From an uncultured bacterium (GTDB taxonomy: Bacteria; Patescibacteriota; Minisyncoccia; UBA6257; 2-01-FULL-56-20), in NCBI GenBank assembly GCA_963707865.1, contig OY970175.1:694028-758027 (forward strand): a stretch of 64,000 nucleotides of DNA, read 5' to 3'. The notes below the pieces were generated by a model. The model did not search any database. It was not told the origin of the DNA and worked only from the letters and a program-made list of their open reading frames with translations. The position numbers and the translations under genes were made by a program. Below are positions 56,919 to 64,000 of the stretch, in pieces. Each line of letters starts with the position of its first letter. Within the stretch, counting starts at the first letter, position 1.

Positions 56919-57679
56919 TCCAACTTCCCGGATTTCACCGCAAGGTCGTATGCTGCCATGCGCGGGATCTTTTCGCCGGCCTGTGCGGCAAGGATATTGA
57001 ATATCTTCGGCGGCGGATCGTTTATGGCAAACAATTTTTCAAGCGCTAAGAGGCGGGTCCGCGCATCGTAGCTCTTCATGCCGTTCACGAGCGCCCAATA
57101 ATTCGGCGCGGCTTCAAGATCAAGCGCGTCCAGGTCCTTTTTCTCAATGGTATCCCCGCGCCCGGAAAGTGCTTTGAGAGCGCCCAGTTTTTGAAGTTCG
57201 GTGACAAGCGCCCACGAGTTCCCGTCGTAAATTGTTCCAAGAAATGCCGCGGCGGCGTCACTTATATTCAGACCAATCTTCTCCGCCTCTGATTTTATGA
57301 AAGCATGCCACGCAGATCCCTCAAGATTTTCAAATTTCTGCGCGAGCGACGGCTTTGCGAGTAGGAACGCGAACGCTTTTATGGGTTTATCTTTTTCCGA
57401 AACGAGGGCGGTAACGCTTTTCTCTGCGACAAGCGGCTTCAGCAATGTTGCGGCGGCGTCCCCGCCAAGCTCAAAAACGTTTTCCAAAACGGCGAGCTTG
57501 GCATTCGCAAAGATGGGTTGGCTCCGCACGAATTCAGAAAGGTCGTCAAGGGTTTTCTCTGCCGCAAGATCAAAAAAGCCGAGCCCGAGCGCGGAATGTT
57601 TTTTTCTGAACTCTGCAACAATCTCTTTTTTCTTTTGGAGCCGGCGGTAGTCGTCAGACCCGTAGAGAAATATGATCAT
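56882..57679 (-). CDS. holA: DNA polymerase III delta subunit-like
   Basis: MIIFLYGSDDY..., ELQKL, YDLAVKSG; next to rpsT. Confidence 0.78.
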   Translation of the reverse strand: MIIFLYGSDDYRRLQKKKEIVAEFRKKHSALGLGFFDLAAEKTLDDLSEFVRSQPIFANAKLAVLENVFELGGDAAATLLKPLVAEKSVTALVSEKDKPIKAFAFLLAKPSLAQKFENLEGSAWHAFIKSEAEKIGLNISDAAAAFLGTIYDGNSWALVTELQKLGALKALSGRGDTIEKKDLDALDLEAAPNYWALVNGMKSYDARTRLLALEKLFAINDPPPKIFNILAAQAGEKIPRMAAYDLAVKSGKLDYEEVLLDLALS

Positions 57680-57692
57680 GGTCGGCGCCAAC

Positions 57693-59351
57693 TCAAAGTT
57701 TTCCTTCTTTGATCTTTCGTTTCGCGGCGGCCTTCATGAACTCGCGGAATAAGGGATGCGGGTCAAGCGGCCGTGATTTGAGTTCGGGGTGGAATTGCGA
57801 GCCCATGAAGAACGGATGCTTCTCACGAGGCAGCTCCATCACCTCCATCAGACGCCGGTCGGGCGACTGGCCCGAAAACACCATCCCCTTGTGTTCCAAC
57901 CGTTTGATAAAGACAGGGTTCACTTCATAGCGGTGGCGGTGCCGCTCGGAGATCTTTGCCTTGCCGTAAGCCGCCTCCGCAATCGTGCCTTTTGTGAGCA
58001 CCGCCGGATAGGCGCCCAACCGCATCGTACCGCCATATTTTTTCTCTTCCATAATCCTCTTTTGCTCCGGCAAAATATCAATCACGGGATATTTCGTGCG
58101 GGGATCTATCTCTGTTGTATTCGCACCGTGGAGCTTCAAAACATCGCGCGCGAACTCCACGACCGCAAGCTGCATACCGTAGCAAAGCCCTAAATAGGGA
58201 ATCTTGTTTTCGCGGCAGTAGCGGATTGCGGCCAGTTTCCCTTCAATGCCGCGGCTTCCGAAGCCGCCAGGGACGATAATACCGCCATATCCATCAAGCT
58301 TCTGGAGCGCCCGTTTACCTTTCTCAAATTGCTCCGACTCCAACCATTCAATGACCGGCTTTACCTTCCAATGCGCCGCAGAATGCTTGATTGCCTCAAT
58401 GACCGAGATATACGAATCGGTAAGGATGAACTTGCCACTTGAAAAATATTTTCCCACAATGCTGATTTTGACCGGCTGCTTCGCCGCATGGATACGTGCC
58501 GAAAGCCGCCGCCAATCGTGCAGGTCGTGTTTTCGCATCCGCAATCCAAGTTTTTTAAGAATAAGATCGCCCAGATGATCCCTTTCAAAATTAACCGGTA
58601 CGTCATACAAACTCGCAACATCCGGCGCGGATATCACATCCCCTTTTGAAGCCAGCCCGCATACGAAGGCGATCTTTTCCTTTCTTTTCTCGTCCAGAGG
58701 AATTGTCGCACGCCCCATAATAAGATCCGCCTGCAAACCGGCGCTGTTCAAGGTCCGAGCGGCATATTGGGTAGGCTTTGTTTTCAGTTCCGTGCCGCCG
58801 GCGCCAAGCGACGGAACGTGACTCACGAGCACAAGGAGGACATCGTGCGGCTGCTTCACTTTCAAAATCCTGATCGCTTCAAGGAAAAGGATGTTTTGAT
58901 ATTCTCCCGCGGTCCCCCCCACCTCAACAACAACGACGTCAGCCTTGTTGCTCCGCACTGCATTATTGATGCGGCGAATGACTTCGAGGGGGATATCTGG
59001 TACCACCTCCACGCACCTGCCGCCGTACCCCATGCTCCGTTCGCGGTTAATTACTGCCTGGTATACACTCCCCGTCGTCATGTAGCTTGCGCCTGTCAAG
59101 TCACGGTTAAGGAATCTTTCATAGTTCCCCATATCCTGGTCACACTCGGTGCCGTCATCCAAAACAAAAACCTCACCGTGCTCGGTGGGGTTCATGGTGC
59201 CTGCGTCAACATTCACATAAGGGTCAATTTTCACGGAGGTCACCTCAAGGCCGCGCGACTGCAAAATCTTTCCGATGGATGCCGAAGCGACGCCCTTGCC
59301 AACCCCCGACATTACGCCCCCTACCACAAAAACATATTTTGCGTCCCGCAT
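57693..59351 (-). CDS. pyrG: CTP synthase
   Basis: GGVMSGVGKG, KIDPYVNVDAGTM, KTKPTQ, GGFG, CYGMQ, ERHRHRYE, QFHPE. Confidence 0.97.
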   Translation of the reverse strand: MRDAKYVFVVGGVMSGVGKGVASASIGKILQSRGLEVTSVKIDPYVNVDAGTMNPTEHGEVFVLDDGTECDQDMGNYERFLNRDLTGASYMTTGSVYQAVINRERSMGYGGRCVEVVPDIPLEVIRRINNAVRSNKADVVVVEVGGTAGEYQNILFLEAIRILKVKQPHDVLLVLVSHVPSLGAGGTELKTKPTQYAARTLNSAGLQADLIMGRATIPLDEKRKEKIAFVCGLASKGDVISAPDVASLYDVPVNFERDHLGDLILKKLGLRMRKHDLHDWRRLSARIHAAKQPVKISIVGKYFSSGKFILTDSYISVIEAIKHSAAHWKVKPVIEWLESEQFEKGKRALQKLDGYGGIIVPGGFGSRGIEGKLAAIRYCRENKIPYLGLCYGMQLAVVEFARDVLKLHGANTTEIDPRTKYPVIDILPEQKRIMEEKKYGGTMRLGAYPAVLTKGTIAEAAYGKAKISERHRHRYEVNPVFIKRLEHKGMVFSGQSPDRRLMEVMELPREKHPFFMGSQFHPELKSRPLDPHPLFREFMKAAAKRKIKEGKL

Positions 59352-59473
59352 GTTTTGATTGTGCACGCTTTCCCGCCACCACGCAAGTGGAACAGAAAGA
59401 CCAACCTCGTAGAAATTGGAATTAGTTGCGATTGTTGGGATTCATCATGAAAATGGGCGCACTTAGTTCCCGT

Positions 59474-59633
59474 GGGCAGCACTGGCAGGGAGGTTTACGG
59501 CGGATCGCGCAGGCCCGCTCAGCTTGGTCCGAAAACTTTTGCGTGTTTTCGGTAAGCGGGCCGAGCGGCAAGAAAAAATTGCCGCTGGAGCAATTTTATT
59601 CTGGTTCCGTAAACCTCCCTGTCAGTGCTGCCC
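59474..59633. repeat. 160-bp nested-hairpin element with 27-bp terminal IRs
   Basis: GGGCAGCACTGGCAGGGAGGTTTACGG / CCGTAAACCTCCCTGTCAGTGCTGCCC (one G-T pair); three inner stems. Confidence 0.75.
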
Positions 59634-59640
59634 CAGAAAA

Positions 59641-60996
59641 TCAGGAGAATTCCTCCGGGCCCATCTCGCGCTGGGGTACCAAACTCGGATCGGTGGGTAA
59701 CGTAAAATGCACCGTCGTGCCGCGGTTGAGCTCCGATTCAACCCAAATTTCGCCACCGTGCGCCGTCACGATGTTTTTTGCGATATAAAGACCAAGACCG
59801 GATCCCTCCGTTTGCAATTTTACGGCGTTGTCCGCCCGATAGAACTTGGTGAACAACCTCCCCACTGCCTCGGGAGGAATACCGATGCCGGTATCCTTCA
59901 CGCTAACCTCAAGGAACGGCCTCGCGGGTACGGCGTCCACCTTCATAATTACCTCGCCGTTTTCCACATTGTACCGGATGGCATTTTCCAAAATATTTAC
60001 GACAGCAAGCGTAAGGTGCCCCTCGTCTATCATGACGCGGGGCAAATTCCCCGACGGCCGGTCAAAATACAGTTTCGTGCCTGCCTTCCGGGCAGCAGGC
60101 AAAACGTCCGCCAAAATCTTCCCGAGGAACTCCACAACGTCCGTCTCGAGAAACGTATAGCCGAATCGCCCCTCTTCCATTTTCGCGATGTTGAGCAGGT
60201 TTTCTATTCTGCGCAAGAGCCCTTGACTCGCAGCAAGAGCGCCATCCACGATAATCTTATTGGTCTCGGTAAGTTCCGCCGCATGCACAAGGGATTGGAG
60301 CGCCCAATTGATGTCGGTGACGGGGCCGCGGAGCTGATGGGACGCAATCGTCACAAACTCGCCCCGCGAGCGTATGGCCGCAATTTGCGTGGTACGGTCA
60401 CGGACGATTTTCATAAACCCGAACGGTAGCCCGTTTTCGTCATTGATCGGCGCCGTCGTCACGCGGAACTCAAACTGCGGATCTGTAAACGATACATCAA
60501 CCACCTGTGGATACGCCCCCTCAACTGAACGCACAATGACGCGCGGAGCGAGCGAAGGAAAAATAATCTGAATAAACGTGCGCCACTCGGGCCGCTCAAC
60601 GTCCTGTGGCGTAAGCACGTGCCCCAAAATGGCGTCTGCGGGAATCTCAAAAAGGCGCTCGGCGGCCGGATTGAAAAAATTCACCCTGAAGCCCTTGTCA
60701 TAAACAATAAGGGCGTCGTCTATGCTTGCGAGCATGCTTTTAAGCTCGCTCCGCTCAACTTTCGTATCCCAGTTGACCGCCGCCGCTTGGTACGCCGCGG
60801 TGACCGCAAGTGCAAGTACCACGAGCAACAACCCACCTTTCGCATACACAAAAAAGCCGCTCGGCATGGTAACAATGTCAAGCGCGAACGCCGCGGCGAT
60901 GACCGCGAACAAAATCCAAGCTACGTGGAACTCCTGCCGCGCTATGATACTTTTGAGTTTTGAAAGCCCTTTGCCCAAGTTCCTTTTATTGTACAT
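59641..60996 (-). CDS. PAS-domain sensor histidine kinase
   Basis: Two TMs, PAS, ASHQLRGP H-box, NILENAIRY, DTGIGI, GSGLGL. Confidence 0.93.
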   Translation of the reverse strand: MYNKRNLGKGLSKLKSIIARQEFHVAWILFAVIAAAFALDIVTMPSGFFVYAKGGLLLVVLALAVTAAYQAAAVNWDTKVERSELKSMLASIDDALIVYDKGFRVNFFNPAAERLFEIPADAILGHVLTPQDVERPEWRTFIQIIFPSLAPRVIVRSVEGAYPQVVDVSFTDPQFEFRVTTAPINDENGLPFGFMKIVRDRTTQIAAIRSRGEFVTIASHQLRGPVTDINWALQSLVHAAELTETNKIIVDGALAASQGLLRRIENLLNIAKMEEGRFGYTFLETDVVEFLGKILADVLPAARKAGTKLYFDRPSGNLPRVMIDEGHLTLAVVNILENAIRYNVENGEVIMKVDAVPARPFLEVSVKDTGIGIPPEAVGRLFTKFYRADNAVKLQTEGSGLGLYIAKNIVTAHGGEIWVESELNRGTTVHFTLPTDPSLVPQREMGPEEFS

Positions 60997-61927
60997 CAAA
61001 AATCGTTCCTTGATTACCCCTCGTCCGTTTCGCAGTTTTTGCCGCCTTCGCAACGGTCGGCGCGTCCATGCCTCCGAGCCGCACAAGAAGCGTCGCGAAC
61101 TTCATTACCTCAAAGTACGCTCTCACATCGGGCGGCTCCTTTTTTGTGGCGAGCGTTGCAAGCGCGGGTGCTTGCAACGGCACATGACGCTCAAGCGTGA
61201 CGAGCCGTTCCGAAAGCTCCGCATCTTTTTTGTGCGCGCCTAACTTATTCCCCAATATTGAATCGTTCGCGAGGTGCGCATATATATTCTTCACGCTCCC
61301 GAACTTTTGGATGAGCTCCGTGGCCGTCTTCGGTCCCACGCCTGGCACACCCTTCACGTTGTCCGATGGATCGCCCACAAGCGCTTTGTAATCAATAAGC
61401 TGTGCGGGCGCGAGACCGTACTTCTCACGTACCGCTCTTTCGTCGTAGACCGTCGTGTCGCTTATACCTTTATTGAACGTCCTCACCACGATTTTTTCCT
61501 CCTCCACAAGTTGGAGCGTGTCACGATCGCCGGTCAAGATCACGATCTGCACATCGTTCTCTTTCTTAAAATGTTCGGCAAAAGTAGCAATAAGATCGTC
61601 CGCCTCAAACCCCGGCTCCTCAAACGTCGATATCCCGAACGCGCCGAAAAGTTTGTGCGCTTCAATAATTTGAGAAATAAGAGCGTCGGGCGCAGGCGGA
61701 CGCTGCGCTTTGTATTCCGCATACATTTTGTCGCGAAAGGTCGGCTCCGGCCTGTCAAACAACGCCGCCGCGCAATCCGGCCTCTCCTCGCACCACAACT
61801 TCAATAAGATGCTTGCAACGCCGTAGATCGCGCCGGTCGGCTCGCCCTTCGGCCCCGTAAACGGCGGCAACGCGTGGAACGAGCGGTGGATAAGGGAGTT
61901 CGCGTCAATAAGAAGAAGTTTTTTCAT
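60986..61927 (-). CDS. Stand-alone 5'-3' exonuclease (Pol I N-terminal domain)
   Basis: LIDANSLIHRSFHA, YKAQR, FEADDLIAT, TGDRD, GDPSDNVKGVPGVG; no polymerase domain. Confidence 0.92.
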   Translation of the reverse strand: MKKLLLIDANSLIHRSFHALPPFTGPKGEPTGAIYGVASILLKLWCEERPDCAAALFDRPEPTFRDKMYAEYKAQRPPAPDALISQIIEAHKLFGAFGISTFEEPGFEADDLIATFAEHFKKENDVQIVILTGDRDTLQLVEEEKIVVRTFNKGISDTTVYDERAVREKYGLAPAQLIDYKALVGDPSDNVKGVPGVGPKTATELIQKFGSVKNIYAHLANDSILGNKLGAHKKDAELSERLVTLERHVPLQAPALATLATKKEPPDVRAYFEVMKFATLLVRLGGMDAPTVAKAAKTAKRTRGNQGTIFDVQ

Positions 61928-62430
61928 GCGTTACTGTTTATCATAATATGCCTTTCGCTTTCGTGCTTCCCGTGCCGGAACGTGAACCAAACAGTGCTCT
62001 TAGGCAAAATATTTTTTACGCGCTCTGCCCATTCAATGAGCACGATGTTGCGCGGGTTCGCGAGAATTTCTTTAAAGCCGATCACCGCAAAATGCTTTGC
62101 CCCTTTCAACCGGTAGGCATCCGCATGAAATATATTCGCAAATCCTTTCTGCGCCCGTGGACCTGCTGAACATACTCGCGCGCGCGGCAACGCATAGCGC
62201 CGCATAATAACAAAGGTCGGGCTTGACGCGCGCCTCTTCATACCGAGCCCTTTAAAAAATCCCTGCGCGAAAGTTGTCTTCCCGGCACCGAGATCACCTT
62301 TGAGCGCAAAGATTGCGGCACTTTTCCTGCGCCCTTTTTCTTTTAATATCTTCTTCGCAAATTCTTCACCGAGCGTTTTCGTCTCTTCTGAAGAAAAGCT
62401 TTGATAGGTCCTCGTTCGCCTTAATAGCAT
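61924..62430 (-). CDS. tsaE: t6A biosynthesis ATPase TsaE
   Basis: GDLGAGKTT, SPTF, HADAYRL, IEWAE. Confidence 0.93.
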   Translation of the reverse strand: MLLRRTRTYQSFSSEETKTLGEEFAKKILKEKGRRKSAAIFALKGDLGAGKTTFAQGFFKGLGMKRRASSPTFVIMRRYALPRARVCSAGPRAQKGFANIFHADAYRLKGAKHFAVIGFKEILANPRNIVLIEWAERVKNILPKSTVWFTFRHGKHESERHIMINSNA

Positions 62431-62938
62431 AGATGATAAGTCCTGCGAGCAACACCGCAGTCCCCACCATTATCGTAGAAAATTCGGCGTTTGTGAATCC
62501 GCGGTTCAACGGTACGGCGGCGGGATAGCTGCGGACCGCAACTGCGCTGCGCGCGGTCGCATTCAGCGCGCCCGGCGTTGGATCTGCAAACGCGAAATGC
62601 TGCGCTGGCCCCTTCGCGTAATCGACGCGGGAGAAGCTTTGCCCTTCCGGCGCGCTGCCGTCAAAATTCCCCTGGTCCGCCAATGCGCCGCTCGCGTCAT
62701 AGAGCGCGAGCCCTCCATCCGTGTTCCGCAGGGACAGCTTCGTTGCGGTTCTTTTTAGCACCAGATAGCCGTGCGCCGAGATGCGTCGCCCCACAAGCGA
62801 AAATTTTTTGCCATTCTCGGTTTTCAAAACCCACCCATTCAAATCCACTGCCGTGCCGCCATTGTTCCAAAGCTCAACCCACTCTCCTGCCGCGTCCGCA
62901 CCTACCGGATTCGGCAACCACTCGTTGAGATAGACCAT
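62366..62938 (-). CDS. Lamin-tail-domain protein with C-terminal TM
   Basis: LNEWLPNPVG...EWVELWN...VDLNGW...PTPG..N. Confidence 0.85.
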   Translation of the reverse strand: MVYLNEWLPNPVGADAAGEWVELWNNGGTAVDLNGWVLKTENGKKFSLVGRRISAHGYLVLKRTATKLSLRNTDGGLALYDASGALADQGNFDGSAPEGQSFSRVDYAKGPAQHFAFADPTPGALNATARSAVAVRSYPAAVPLNRGFTNAEFSTIMVGTAVLLAGLIIYAIKANEDLSKLFFRRDENAR

Positions 62939-63012
62939 TAAAAAATCCTAGCGTGCGGGGGATTAAAAACCGCTAAATTCATTTTATGGTATCATCCATA
63001 GAAATCTCGCCT

Positions 63013-63738
63013 ATGATTTCTCTAATCATTCCAACGCTGAACGAGGAAAATGTCCTGGAGAAGACGCTCAGGTCGCTCAAGGACTTCACCGCGTTGGATC
63101 ACGAAATCATTATTTCAGACGGACACAGCACTGATCGCACGGTCTCCATCGCGAAGAAATACGCCGACAAAGTGGTGGAACACGACGGCAGGACGCGACA
63201 AAACATTTCCGAAGGCAGGAATGCCGGCGCGGCAGCGGCCCGGGGTTCTTATTTGGTATTTCTGGATGCGGACGCTCGTATCGGAGGGAATCCGGATACT
63301 TTTTTCAGGGAAATGACCGGATATTTTGAGCGCCACCCGGAAACGGTGGCTCTCACCACAAAGGTAGCGGTGTACCCCGACTCTGCCACAACGACTGACA
63401 AAATAGTGTTTGGCGTCGTGAATCTTGGCCTTCGTTTCAAAAATAATATACTCCACGTGGGCGAATCCACGGGAGAGTTCCAAATGATACGGAAGACTGC
63501 TTTTGATGCTGTCCATGGCTTCCGGGAAGATCTCATTACGCGGGAAGACGCGGATATGTTTTTCCGATTGGCAAAAATCGGGCGAACCGCGGTTTATCCC
63601 CGGCTCACCGTATTCCACTCGGGACGGCGGGCACACAACATCGGCTGGCCACGGTTGCTCTGGATTTGGACAATAAACACGATCTGGGTCACGTTTTTTA
63701 ACCGCGCCCTAAGCAGAGAGTGGACAGTTATTCGCTGA
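63013..63738 (+). CDS. Glycosyltransferase family 2
   Basis: ISLIIPTLNEE, SDGHSTDRT, RNAGA, FLDAD, EDAD. Confidence 0.9.
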   Translation: MISLIIPTLNEENVLEKTLRSLKDFTALDHEIIISDGHSTDRTVSIAKKYADKVVEHDGRTRQNISEGRNAGAAAARGSYLVFLDADARIGGNPDTFFREMTGYFERHPETVALTTKVAVYPDSATTTDKIVFGVVNLGLRFKNNILHVGESTGEFQMIRKTAFDAVHGFREDLITREDADMFFRLAKIGRTAVYPRLTVFHSGRRAHNIGWPRLLWIWTINTIWVTFFNRALSREWTVIR

Positions 63739-63754
63739 CTAAGTAATATCTCCC

Positions 63755-63994
63755 TCAGCACCACCAACACCACCAGGGCCTTTTTGGCCGTTCGGCAAGG
63801 TGGGCATGGAACTGTGCTTTAGCGGTTTCGTAACATAGCTGCAGCTCGCGGAGGTGTCGAGGGGTCGGCTGCGTCACCGCCCGCACCGCAGCTTGCCACG
63901 CCTCCCAGCTTTTTATAGTTCCCGCGCCCGCAGGAGAAGGAACCAAGGGCATGGTGAGCTCGCGCTCGTCAAACAAACCAAACTTCTGATCCAT
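63755..63994 (-). CDS. Small hypothetical protein
   Basis: AGGG directly before ATG; 79-aa ORF ending WWCWWC. Confidence 0.45.
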   Translation of the reverse strand: MDQKFGLFDERELTMPLVPSPAGAGTIKSWEAWQAAVRAVTQPTPRHLRELQLCYETAKAQFHAHLAERPKRPWWCWWC

Positions 63995-64000
63995 CCCTAA

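Noticed and set aside
59474-59633. SRP (4.5S) RNA
   Set aside because: The conserved domain IV motif (CAGG...GGAA...AGCAG) is not present
1-64000. CRISPR array or cas genes
   Set aside because: No regularly spaced direct repeats with spacers and no Cas motifs seen; the three repeats at 18.9-20.6 kb are 0.8-0.9 kb apart
1-64000. Alternative genetic code (TGA=Gly, code 25)
   Set aside because: Conserved genes are intact under code 11 and several end in TGA (pyrG, tsaE, rfbC)

Overview
Bacterial chromosome segment in standard genetic code 11. Its gene content and style fit a Patescibacteria/CPR (Parcubacteria-like) genome: stand-alone 5'-3' exonuclease, PolX-PHP, IleRS with an inserted His-phosphatase domain, a free-standing LAGLIDADG gene next to a tRNA, tRNAs without encoded CCA, and many leaderless genes. 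1-13.2 kb is a surface-glycan cluster, including a gene broken at a C8 tract. The core genes are rny, gpmI, secG, rnj, trpS, ileS, argS, smpB, maf, ssrA, infC-rpmI-rplT, polX, a Clp ATPase, UDG, murE, ruvA, rpsT, holA, pyrG and tsaE. The main discovery is a ~6.76-kb large-serine-integrase element (44414-51173) at the 3' end of tRNA-Arg(CCG), carrying an m4C MTase, an MvaI/BcnI-family REase and a DUF262 protein. In its middle lies a perfect inverted 454-bp copy of its own circle junction (attP). The att site is inside the integrase gene, so the integrase C-terminus depends on the DNA state. Similar 'displaced integrase C-terminus' att scars delimit tiny integrase-less single-gene cassettes at 18.9-20.6 kb and a relic island at the tmRNA 3' end. 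Also present: two atypical tRNA-like RNAs with G3-U70/A73, a candidate small RNA and several large nested-hairpin elements. All calls were made by eye; no database searches were run.
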